32,000 nt of DNA from an uncultured Actinomycetes bacterium (lineage in GTDB: Bacteria > Actinomycetota > Actinomycetes > Streptosporangiales > Streptosporangiaceae), in the NCBI GenBank assembly GCA_963742865.1, contig CAVUNW010000014.1, positions 114,846-146,845 on the forward strand. Reading direction: 5' to 3'. The notes below the pieces were generated by a model, which did no database searches, was not told where the DNA came from, and worked only from the letters and a program-made list of their open reading frames with translations. Below, piece after piece: positions 1 through 7,881 of the stretch. The position numbers and the translations under genes are program-made. How positions within the stretch are numbered: position 1 is the first letter of the stretch; each line of letters starts with the position of its first letter.

Positions 1-274
1 CCTGGTCCACCAGGCCGCGGCGAACCGGGACGAGCGGGTGTTCGCCGACCCGGACCGCCTCGACTTCACCCGCAGTCCCAACCCTCATCTCAGCTTCGGC
101 CACGGTCCGCATCACTGCCTCGGTGCGCCGTTGGCCAGGATGGAGCTGCAGGTCGGCCTGGCCACACTGCTGCGTCGCCTGCCCGAGTTGAGGCTCGCGA
201 CCGTCGAAGAGGAGATCCCATGGAAGCGGGGCCTTTCCGTACGCGGACCGAGTGCACTGCCGGTGACGTGGTGA
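1..274 (+). CDS. cytochrome P450, C-terminal fragment (5' end outside the window)
   Basis: The frame is open from the window edge. It carries the heme-thiolate loop FGHGPHHCLG and a typical P450 C-terminus. The stop is TGA 272-274. Confidence 0.9.
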   Translation, partial: LVHQAAANRDERVFADPDRLDFTRSPNPHLSFGHGPHHCLGAPLARMELQVGLATLLRRLPELRLATVEEEIPWKRGLSVRGPSALPVTW

Positions 275-285
275 CGGACGACCCG

Positions 286-540
286 ATGCGGCACCAGGCC
301 CCGCCGCCGGCCACTGGTCGGTGGCGGGTCACTGTGGACACCAGCCGCTGTTTCGGATCCGGGTCGTGCACCGGCGTCGCCGCGCCGTACTTCACATTGG
401 ACGGTGACGTGTCCCGGCCGACGAGCGAGCTGGTGGAGCAGGACGAGCGGGTGCTCGACGCCGCGGAACTGTGCCCGGGGTCAGCGATTACGGTCCGGGA
501 CGCGGTGTCCGGCGAGCAACTCGCGCCGAATGATCTCTGA
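286..540 (+). CDS. small 3Fe-4S-type ferredoxin (P450 redox partner)
   Basis: The cysteine pattern is CFGSGSC ... CP, and the size and position right after a P450 fit this family. ATG is at 286. In-frame GTGs at 268 and 271 overlap the P450 stop and are alternative coupled starts. Confidence 0.8.
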   Translation: MRHQAPPPATGRWRVTVDTSRCFGSGSCTGVAAPYFTLDGDVSRPTSELVEQDERVLDAAELCPGSAITVRDAVSGEQLAPNDL

Positions 541-561
541 CCCCTCAGCATCTCTGACCGG

Positions 562-2376
562 TCAGCCGGTCCTGCCCTCGCCTTCGGCGAGCACCCGCTG
601 GCTCTGCCAGGCGATCAGGTCCGACCGGTCCTGCGGCGCGCGGTCGCAGACCACGTAGTATCCCGGCGCCATCGCGGTCATCCGGCCGGGCAGCGCCGCC
701 ATGCTGGCATTGTGGGCCTGTTCGGGGGTGAGCCCGTTCTCCCCGGCAGCCAGGTAGGCGAGTACCACCGGTTGGCCCTCGGCCTTCTCGCCGGCTTCGA
801 CCGTGGCGCGATCGTCGACGGCGCGATGCTCGACGGCCCGACGCTCGGCGACGAACACGGCCGTGGTGTGGCTCGGCAGCACCTCGTCGAGCATTCGCTG
901 CACCTCATCCAGGTCCACCCAGCACGAGTCCACATAGCACCACCGCTCGGTGCGGGTCGCTGGCTGGACCCCGGTCACCTCGCCGAACCGGGTGAGGTCG
1001 ACATCACCGGCCGCCGCCGCTACCAGCAGCGCCTCCGCGCCGCGTGCCAGCATCTCCATTTCCGCGGCCGGGACCCGCCGAGGGTCGCCGGAGAGCAGCA
1101 TCAGCTCCATGTGTTCGTCGAGCCGCATCAGTTGCATCGACAGCAACGCGGGGCGGATGGCCGTATCTGACCACCTGAGCGAGGTGTCCGCCAGCGCGGC
1201 CCGTACCTCGGCCAGCTCGCCCCGCCCCGGGACCCGTACCCGGGTCAGGCTGTGCGAGCTGGTGTTGTTGAACTCAGAGTCCCGGCCGAGGTCGGTGCCG
1301 CGTAGGTGGTCGATTCGCCGGCGGCTGTGATGCGCGGCCACGGTGTCGACCAGGCTGTACCAAGACGCGGCAAGAATCGCCGTGCCGGTACGCGCGATCA
1401 CCTGGTCGAAGCTCGCGCTGTCCGTGTCCACCACCACCAGGCCGTCCTGCGCGAGCGTACCCACATATTCGTGCATGTGCCGGCCGATCCGGTTGTCGGC
1501 CAACGCGTGGATCGGACACAGCCGCTGGCCGGCGCGCCGGCCCAGCACCGTGGTCAGCGCAGCCAGCACCACAGTCGACGGAGTGCTGGCGGTGCGCGCC
1601 GTGATGTGAGGCACGGCCAACGCCGCCGCCCGGGACAACAATATCGCCGCCGGCGGCCAGTCATTGGCGTCCGAGTGGCTCGGCGGCACCGCGAACAGGC
1701 ACTGCGGTATCCGCCACCGCTGACGCTCCCAGTAGCGCAGCGCTGCCTCGGCCCGGCGCCGGCCGCGGGGGGACTGCTCGTACGCGGCCTGGTCCAGCGG
1801 TTGATGCCCGCGTTCCCCGAGCACCCGGCTGGCCGGATTCTTGGCCAACTCAACAAGCTGACGCACGACGATCGCCATGGACGCGAAGTCGACCGCCATG
1901 TGGGAGAACATGAGGACCACGAAGCGGACCGCTCCCCGCCCGGTCACCACAGACACCCGTACCGGCAGTTCCTTCGCCAGCTCGAAGTCCAACTCTCGCA
2001 TCGAGGAGGCCAGTTGCGCGTACGCGGCCGCGCGGGAGTCTTCGGTATCGTCATCGATCTCGTAGACCGCGACGGACAGTTCACCGGATGGCCATACCCG
2101 CTGGGTCTGATCGCCGTCGTCCTGAACCACGCCGACGAGGTAGGTCGTGCGCAGCGACTCATGGCGGGCCAGCAGCAGGGCGAGCGCGGCGCTGACATCG
2201 GCCATGGTGGTATCGGACAGGTCGACCAGCGCGGGGAACATACGCCCGCGATTCACGGTCATGTTCTGGGTCCAGTGCAGGGTGGTGCGCTGTCCGATGG
2301 TCACTGGCGCATCCCCGCAGCGGTCGCCCGAGAACGGCACCTGGACCTCTTGCACGAACGTGAGACGGCCCGTCAT
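562..2376 (-). CDS. stand-alone NRPS-type condensation (C) domain protein with a C-terminal adenylation-subdomain-like tail
   Basis: C-domain core motifs are visible: ARHESLRTTY (C2, RHExLRT) and FSHMAVDFAS (C3, a HHxxxDG variant that keeps the second His and the Asp). The last ~170 aa resemble AMP-binding_C (VVLAYLAAGENGLTPEQ...ALPGRMTAMAPGYYVVCDRAP). I chose the start at ATG 2376 (MTGRLTF); the ORF extends to 2445, so the start is uncertain. Confidence 0.8.
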   Translation of the reverse strand: MTGRLTFVQEVQVPFSGDRCGDAPVTIGQRTTLHWTQNMTVNRGRMFPALVDLSDTTMADVSAALALLLARHESLRTTYLVGVVQDDGDQTQRVWPSGELSVAVYEIDDDTEDSRAAAYAQLASSMRELDFELAKELPVRVSVVTGRGAVRFVVLMFSHMAVDFASMAIVVRQLVELAKNPASRVLGERGHQPLDQAAYEQSPRGRRRAEAALRYWERQRWRIPQCLFAVPPSHSDANDWPPAAILLSRAAALAVPHITARTASTPSTVVLAALTTVLGRRAGQRLCPIHALADNRIGRHMHEYVGTLAQDGLVVVDTDSASFDQVIARTGTAILAASWYSLVDTVAAHHSRRRIDHLRGTDLGRDSEFNNTSSHSLTRVRVPGRGELAEVRAALADTSLRWSDTAIRPALLSMQLMRLDEHMELMLLSGDPRRVPAAEMEMLARGAEALLVAAAAGDVDLTRFGEVTGVQPATRTERWCYVDSCWVDLDEVQRMLDEVLPSHTTAVFVAERRAVEHRAVDDRATVEAGEKAEGQPVVLAYLAAGENGLTPEQAHNASMAALPGRMTAMAPGYYVVCDRAPQDRSDLIAWQSQRVLAEGEGRTG

Positions 2377-2468
2377 AGGCCATGACCTAACCACATCAGG
2401 CGGGTGGTGCCAACCGTCGAATCCGGCCCAGCATGCGGATTCCACGGGCTTTACTAGCGGTTATCCAT

Positions 2469-2490
2469 CTCGATGCGAGCAAGCATCGAG
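2469..2490. promoter_or_regulatory. inverted repeat CTCGATGC-N6-GCATCGAG in the divergent C-domain/ACP intergenic region
   Basis: Perfect 8-bp arms read directly from the sequence, inside the 184-bp divergent promoter region. A TATCCAT half-site sits just upstream at 2462-2468. The function is inferred only. Confidence 0.3.
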
Positions 2491-2560
2491 CCACCGGATG
2501 CCGATGGCTTGTACGGTGGTATCCCCCGGTACCGTGCCCGCCAGGAAGGGATACTCCACA

Positions 2561-2818
2561 ATGGAACGTGGTGACGTCATCGCCGGAATCGAACGGGCGC
2601 TTGCCGACGTGCTGCAGCGCGACCTGCCCGCCCTCGCTGAGGACGTCAGGCTCTTCGACGACCTGAACATGGACTCCACAACGGCCTTGGAACTGCTCAT
2701 GACGCTGGAAGAAGCCATTGGCGTGGAGATCGACGCGGAGAACCTCAGCATGGACGACTTCCAGACGATCGGGACGCTGGCCGACTACCTGACGGATGTC
2801 GCCAAGACCACCACGTGA
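2561..2818 (+). CDS. acyl/peptidyl carrier protein
   Basis: The product is 85 aa with the phosphopantetheine attachment motif DLNMDSTTALEL. An AGGAAGGG Shine-Dalgarno lies ~11 nt upstream of ATG 2561. Confidence 0.85.
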   Translation: MERGDVIAGIERALADVLQRDLPALAEDVRLFDDLNMDSTTALELLMTLEEAIGVEIDAENLSMDDFQTIGTLADYLTDVAKTTT

Positions 2819-2834
2819 GCGCCTGGAGACCGAC

Positions 2835-3488
2835 ATGGTGAACCCCACCACGCTGCACCACGACGGATGGCAACCCGGGCTGCCCGAGTCCGGCGAAACG
2901 GTGGTCGGCGGGTATCCGGATTTGCTCGATGCCCTCCATGAGCGGACCGCACCCGGCTCCGTTGTCGCCTCCGCGACCGGATATGTACTGGCGTCGCCAG
3001 CCTTGTTGGCGGCGGCTCCACCCGGTCCGCTGACGCGGTTCGGCTTAGCCGTGGCCATGCGCCACCCGGCCGCGGTAGCGGTCGGTCTGCCCGCCCATCG
3101 CTTCGCCGACGGGCTGCTCAATCTGCATCACGACCTTCTCCGCGGCGCCCTTCGGCACGCGCTACGCCACCTGGGCGAGCGCACGTCCGGCGGCACGACG
3201 CTGCTGAACAAGCAGCTCGTCCAGGGGCAGCTCGCCGACATCGCCCAGTGCCTGGCCGAGGACGCGGCGATGCCAAGGAACCGGCGGCAAGGGGACCGGC
3301 CGGCCCGGTGGCGTACCCACGAGCGGCTGGCCGACGCCGCGCATGGCCTGCTGATGCTGCTCGGCGCCAGCGGGTTCCTGGCCTGTGCCCCGGCTACCGA
3401 CCTCCACCTGGCGGTCGTGACGGGAAACGTCTATCTCCACCCAGGTATGAACGGTGACAACCGGAGGGAGGGTAGCGGCGATGACTGA
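2835..3488 (+). CDS. acyl-CoA dehydrogenase-like small subunit (C-terminal helical domain only)
   Basis: LLNKQLVQGQLADIAQ and GLLMLLGASGF resemble the ACAD C-terminal alpha-domain. GGAGA lies before ATG 2835. The stop overlaps the next gene's start (ATGACTGA at 3481-3488). Confidence 0.65.
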   Translation: MVNPTTLHHDGWQPGLPESGETVVGGYPDLLDALHERTAPGSVVASATGYVLASPALLAAAPPGPLTRFGLAVAMRHPAAVAVGLPAHRFADGLLNLHHDLLRGALRHALRHLGERTSGGTTLLNKQLVQGQLADIAQCLAEDAAMPRNRRQGDRPARWRTHERLADAAHGLLMLLGASGFLACAPATDLHLAVVTGNVYLHPGMNGDNRREGSGDD

Positions 3489-4668
3489 GGTGCAGATCCG
3501 GCCGCTGGCCGGCTTGGACACCGGCGACGATCGGCTCGCCGCCCTGGATCGGTTCTGCGCCGAGCTGGCAGCCGAGTTCCGCGATCCGGGCATGCTGCTC
3601 GACCGGGATCCTGACGCCGTCGCCGACCTGCCGCTACTGCGGGGCGTCAGGTTCGCGCAGCAGATCGTCATGCCGCCGGCGTACCAGGCCCGGGAGGAGT
3701 TCCGACCGGACCTGCTGGACGTCGTCGCCACCACGGTGGGTGCGACCATCCTTTGTGAACGGTTCGCCTACGGCGATCCAGGCGTCCTGATGGGCAGTCC
3801 CGGCCCATCGCTGTGCGGCGCCACCGTCAAGGCGCTCGGCGACGACGCCCAGACGCACCGCTACTTCAGCCGGGTCGCCGCGGCGCCGACCTACACGTTC
3901 TTCGGGGTGACCGAACCGGGCAAGGGGTCGGCGGCCACTGAGGTGCAGACCACGTTGACTCCCGCGGAAGACGGCGACGGTTGGCTGCTCAACGGGGAGA
4001 AATGCTACATCGGCAACGGCACCCGGGCAGAGCTCGGAGTCGTGTGCTGCCGGCGGACCGCGGGACCGTGGGGGGTCGAGGTGGTCCTGGTGGACACCGC
4101 CGCCGAGGGCTTCCACGCGACACCCCTTCCCATGATGGGCCTGCGCGGCGCGCGGATCAGCCGGCTGCGATTCGACAATGTCCGCATACCCCCGGAGCAA
4201 CTGCTCGGGGCGCACCGGCCGCCGAGCCGCCGCGGCATGCATACCGTGACACGTACTCTGTACCGTGCTCGCCCGGGCGTGGGGGCATTCGCCCTCGGCT
4301 GCGCGCAGGCGGTGTGTGATTATCTCGATCGGGAGCGGCCCGTCTCGGCAGGCCACCGGTGGCGGCGCCGGGAAGCGTTGTTGGACCGGATCGCGGCGGT
4401 CCGGACGGCCACGTATCGGGTGGCCGCGGACATCGACCGCGACGCGGTCAACGGGCACCGGGTGGGTGCGGCAAAAATGGGCGCCGCGCAGGTGGCCCGG
4501 GAGGCTACCGTGCTCGCCGCGCAACTGCTCGGCCCCGCCTCGTTGATCGAGCATCCGTGGCTGGAGAAGGCCTACCGCGACGTGCGCGCGTTCGAAATCA
4601 TGGAAGGCACAACGAACCTGCATCGGCTCTCGGTCTTTCAGGGGTTACTCAAGGACGCCTTCCTCTGA
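3481..4668 (+). CDS. acyl-CoA (acyl-ACP) dehydrogenase family protein
   Basis: ACAD motifs are present: FGVTEPGKGSAA, LNGEKCYIGNG and RAFEIMEGTTNL (the catalytic-Glu context). GGAGGGAGGG lies before ATG 3481. Confidence 0.85.
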   Translation: MTEVQIRPLAGLDTGDDRLAALDRFCAELAAEFRDPGMLLDRDPDAVADLPLLRGVRFAQQIVMPPAYQAREEFRPDLLDVVATTVGATILCERFAYGDPGVLMGSPGPSLCGATVKALGDDAQTHRYFSRVAAAPTYTFFGVTEPGKGSAATEVQTTLTPAEDGDGWLLNGEKCYIGNGTRAELGVVCCRRTAGPWGVEVVLVDTAAEGFHATPLPMMGLRGARISRLRFDNVRIPPEQLLGAHRPPSRRGMHTVTRTLYRARPGVGAFALGCAQAVCDYLDRERPVSAGHRWRRREALLDRIAAVRTATYRVAADIDRDAVNGHRVGAAKMGAAQVAREATVLAAQLLGPASLIEHPWLEKAYRDVRAFEIMEGTTNLHRLSVFQGLLKDAFL

Positions 4669-4687
4669 GCGCCGGCACCGCGCCGGG

Positions 4688-5368
4688 TCAGCACGCCGTT
4701 GCGGTGGTCACCGCGGTCGCGTCCAGCAGTCCTTCACGCAGGGCGATGGCCACGGCCAGCGTACGGTTGGAGCAGTTCAGCTTCGTCAGCACGCTGGCCA
4801 CCAGCCGCTTCGCACCGTGCTCGGAGATCCGTAGGTTGCGGGCGATCTGCTTGTTGAGCAGGCCGTGGGCGAGCAGCGAGAGCACTTCCTGCTCACGCGG
4901 GGTCAGGGCGGTCGGGCGGGCCGGTCGGCCGCCATCGCGGGTCAGATAGGCGGCGCAGCCGAACAGTTCCTGTGCCAGTCGGGTGGGTAGGGCTACATGA
5001 TCGTCGCCGAGCCGGACCAGCATGTCACCGAGCGCGGTAGCGGTCAGACCCTGCTGGCGCAGGAAACCGTGCGCCGGGATGCCGGCGGCCCGGGCTAGTC
5101 CCCGCCCGTCCGCATCGTCGAGCAGGACGATGACCTTCACCCCGTGCCGGCGGGCGTCCTCCGCCATGTCGTGGCCCGGTTCGTCCGCGCTGCTGCGCAA
5201 CACGAGCACGTCCACTTTGTCGAAGGACGTCTCGGCGAGGTCGGCCGCATCGCGGCACTCGCTCACGTCGCGCACCGCATCGAGATTCCGCAGGATCGCG
5301 GCGACACCCGAGCGTACGATCTCGTCCGTCGTGACGATCGCGACATTCAAGCCGCTGACAATGGTCAT
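4688..5368 (-). CDS. LuxR/NarL-family response regulator with a degenerate (pseudo-)receiver domain
   Basis: The C-terminus has a LuxR HTH (LTPREQEVLSLLAHGLLNKQIARNLRISEHGAKRLVASVLTKL). The N-terminus is CheY-like, but the phospho-acceptor position reads DVLVLR (Arg in place of Asp). Confidence 0.85.
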   Translation of the reverse strand: MTIVSGLNVAIVTTDEIVRSGVAAILRNLDAVRDVSECRDAADLAETSFDKVDVLVLRSSADEPGHDMAEDARRHGVKVIVLLDDADGRGLARAAGIPAHGFLRQQGLTATALGDMLVRLGDDHVALPTRLAQELFGCAAYLTRDGGRPARPTALTPREQEVLSLLAHGLLNKQIARNLRISEHGAKRLVASVLTKLNCSNRTLAVAIALREGLLDATAVTTATAC

Positions 5369-5377
5369 GCGCCAAGG

Positions 5378-5397
5378 CTATCCATGGCGATGGATAG
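5378..5397. promoter_or_regulatory. perfect palindrome CTATCCAT-GGCG-ATGGATAG 10 nt upstream of the LuxR start codon
   Basis: Read directly from the sequence: 8-bp arms and a 4-bp spacer. The heptamers TATCCAT/ATGGATA loosely resemble NarL-type TACYYMT half-sites. Confidence 0.4.
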
Positions 5398-5553
5398 AGG
5401 GGCTAGAAACCCAGTAGGTGCGGTTTCCATCGAGGCTCTAGTAACGCCACAGTCCTGATTCGACTGGTCCTTCGAGCCAGATCCCAGTTCGTTGCGATCC
5501 GGCTGTGGCGCCACCCGGGTACGGTCAGGGAGTCCTCGATTCCGGAGGTCGAC

Positions 5554-6381
5554 ATGGACAGTATCCAGCGGGGTCGGGCCGGAACCCTGCGCGCCTTGCA
5601 CAGCCGTACGTTGGTGCTGCCGAACGCCTGGGACGCTGCGAGTGCGGCCATCATCGCGCGCGCCGGCGCCGCGGCGATCGCCACGACCAGCGGCGGGGTC
5701 GCCTGGTCCGGGGGGCGGCCTGACGGGCACGGCCTGACCCGCGAGGAGATGGCCCAACTGGTTGGCCGGATCACGCGGACGGTCGACATCCCGGTGACCG
5801 CCGACATCGAGGGAGGCTACGGTCCGACGCCCGGCGACGTCGCGGCGACCGTTCGCGCGGTGGTGGCGGCCGGCGCGGTCGGAGTCAACCTGGAGGACTC
5901 GCGCGCTCCCGGCGGCCCGCTGTTCAACAACGAGGACCAGGTCGAACGTGTCCGCGCGGCCCGCACTGCTGCGACCGAGCTGGAGCTATCCGAGCTGTGG
6001 ATCAACGTTCGGACGGACGTGTACCTGTTCGGCATCGGCGAGCCGGAAGGCCGCTTGGACGACGTCCTGTCCCGGGCCAACGCGTATGCGGGCGCGGGCG
6101 CGGACAGCCTGTTCGTGCCGGGCCTGATCGACCTGGACACGCTCGGCACCCTGGTGAAGAAGAGTCCGCTACCGATCAACGTCATGGTCGGGCCGGGCGC
6201 CCCGACGGTGGCGGAGCTGGAGGCGGTCGGCGTCCGCCGGATCAGCGTCGGGACCGCGATCGCGCAGGTCGCGTACGGCGTCGCCCACCGGGCCGCGACG
6301 GAGTTGCTGGAGCGCGGCACCTACGACGCCCTGGCGGGCGGGCTGGAATTCTGGGTGATCAACAGCGCGGTGAGTGGCTGA
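5554..6381 (+). CDS. isocitrate lyase/PEP mutase superfamily protein (methylisocitrate-lyase-like fold)
   Basis: Superfamily signatures are present: LVLPNAWDAASA, ATTSGG, DIEGGYG and GVNLEDS. GGAGG lies 7 nt before the ATG. Confidence 0.85.
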   Translation: MDSIQRGRAGTLRALHSRTLVLPNAWDAASAAIIARAGAAAIATTSGGVAWSGGRPDGHGLTREEMAQLVGRITRTVDIPVTADIEGGYGPTPGDVAATVRAVVAAGAVGVNLEDSRAPGGPLFNNEDQVERVRAARTAATELELSELWINVRTDVYLFGIGEPEGRLDDVLSRANAYAGAGADSLFVPGLIDLDTLGTLVKKSPLPINVMVGPGAPTVAELEAVGVRRISVGTAIAQVAYGVAHRAATELLERGTYDALAGGLEFWVINSAVSG

Positions 6382-6576
6382 GTCTCGACCGGAAGGCCGC
6401 GACAAAGACCAGAAGTGCCTCGTCCCGGCCCTTCGGCGCCCAAGGCGCGAGAGCCAGCGGCGAATCCCCGCTGGACTCGACAGGAGGCTTGGCCTCGTGG
6501 GAGATGCTGACCTTTTGGCCGACTTCCAGAACCTGGCGTGTCGCCATATTATGACGCGGCGGACGGAGAGGATCTT

Positions 6577-7863
6577 ATGTCGGGACACGTGTTCATCAGC
6601 TACTCGCACAAGGACCGGGACTACGTCGAGGAGTTGGCACGCGTTCTCGCCCGAGCTGAGATTCCTGTCTGGTTCGATTTCGAGATCGAGAGCGGAACTC
6701 GCTTCACCAGGGTCATCCAGCAGCAGATCGACGAATGTGCCGTGTTCGTTGTGATAATGACGCCAGCGGCGTCTGACTCCGAATGGGTCGAGCGGGAGGT
6801 GAAGTGGGCCCTGGACATCGGCAAGCCGGTCATGCCGGTGTTGCTCGATGCACGGCCCTTGTTCCTCGTCGGCCCTCTTGACTTTCTGGACAGCAGGACC
6901 GGCGCGATGCCCGATGAGAAGTGGCTCGCCACCGTGAGGAACCACATCGAAGCCTGCATCCCGCCAACGAATGAGGGTGAGCTACTCCACGAGATGAAGG
7001 CGCACGACGGGCATGTTCGGTCCGTCGCCTATCCGGCTGGAAACCCGTCGCTGGTCGGCAGCGCCGGTCCCGAGCCGGTCGTGCGCGTCTGGGATCCCAC
7101 GACCGGGCAATTGCGGCTCGCTCTCCCCGACACCACGTGGCCTCTCGCCTTCTCCTACGACGGCTCGGTGATCGCCACCGGCGGACTCGACTACTCCGTA
7201 CACCTGTGGGACACCACGACCGGCACATTCATGGGCCGGATCGGCCAGCACCAGAACATACTGATCTCGATCGCCATCTCCAAGGATGGGCGCCTCGTGG
7301 TGACCGGCAGCAAAGACGGGTCGGAGCGCGTCTGGGACGCACGGACCGGCGACCTGCTGCAAACGTTCGCTGGCAAGGTCGATCCCGGGTCTCCGCTGGT
7401 CTTCGCTCCGGACGGGACATGGGTGATCGCGCCAAACTCCGGCAACGCCGGTACAGCCAGCCAGTGGGATGTGCGCACCGGGACGCTTACCAAGATCTTC
7501 AAGGGCCATACGGGACCAGTGCACGACGTGACCGTGTCGTTCGACGGAAAGTACGTGGCCACCGGCGGCGACGACCGCAGCGCCCGCATCTGGGATGCCC
7601 AGACGGGACAGGAACTGTTCAAACTCAACCTGCATACGTTGCCTGTGCGGTCCGTCGCGTTTTCTCCCAACGGCCTGCGCCTCGCCACGGGTAGCACCGA
7701 CAAGAGCATCCGGCTGTGGGACGCCACCAACGGCGCACCCGTCAAGAAGATCGCCAGAATCGCACGCAACGCCGGCGGGATCTATGACCTGGCGTATTCG
7801 CCTGACGGCGAGACGCTCGCCTCGGGCCATGGAGATGGTGCCATCCGTATCTGGCGAGGCTGA
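6577..7863 (+). CDS. TIR domain protein fused to a 7-bladed WD40 propeller
   Basis: The N-terminus is TIR_2-like (VFISYSHKDRDYVEEL, IPVWFD, AVFVVIMTPAASDSEWVEREV). Seven WD repeats follow, ending VRVWD, VHLWD, ERVWD, SQWD, ARIWD, IRLWD and IRIW. GGAGAG lies before ATG 6577; the upstream ATG 6538 is less likely. Confidence 0.9.
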   Translation: MSGHVFISYSHKDRDYVEELARVLARAEIPVWFDFEIESGTRFTRVIQQQIDECAVFVVIMTPAASDSEWVEREVKWALDIGKPVMPVLLDARPLFLVGPLDFLDSRTGAMPDEKWLATVRNHIEACIPPTNEGELLHEMKAHDGHVRSVAYPAGNPSLVGSAGPEPVVRVWDPTTGQLRLALPDTTWPLAFSYDGSVIATGGLDYSVHLWDTTTGTFMGRIGQHQNILISIAISKDGRLVVTGSKDGSERVWDARTGDLLQTFAGKVDPGSPLVFAPDGTWVIAPNSGNAGTASQWDVRTGTLTKIFKGHTGPVHDVTVSFDGKYVATGGDDRSARIWDAQTGQELFKLNLHTLPVRSVAFSPNGLRLATGSTDKSIRLWDATNGAPVKKIARIARNAGGIYDLAYSPDGETLASGHGDGAIRIWRG

Positions 7864-7881
7864 CGACGCCGCTGGTGGCGG

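Noticed and set aside
1306-2385. A long + strand ORF (359 aa) and several other 80-150-aa ORFs overlapping the condensation-domain gene.
   Set aside because: The composition is Arg/Gly/His/Pro-rich with no recognisable motifs. These are typical antisense shadow ORFs of a high-GC gene, and the minus-strand frame carries clear C-domain motifs.
5554-6381. The possibility that the ICL/PEPM-family gene is a true PEP mutase marking phosphonate biosynthesis next to the cassette.
   Set aside because: The diagnostic PepM motif EDKxxxxxNS is absent; the sequence reads EDSRAPGGPLF. No phosphonopyruvate decarboxylase-like gene is nearby.
6359-6547. A 62-aa minus ORF upstream of the TIR gene as a small partner protein.
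   Set aside because: It overlaps the 3' end of the ICL-family gene, has no Shine-Dalgarno that I could see, and has no recognisable features.
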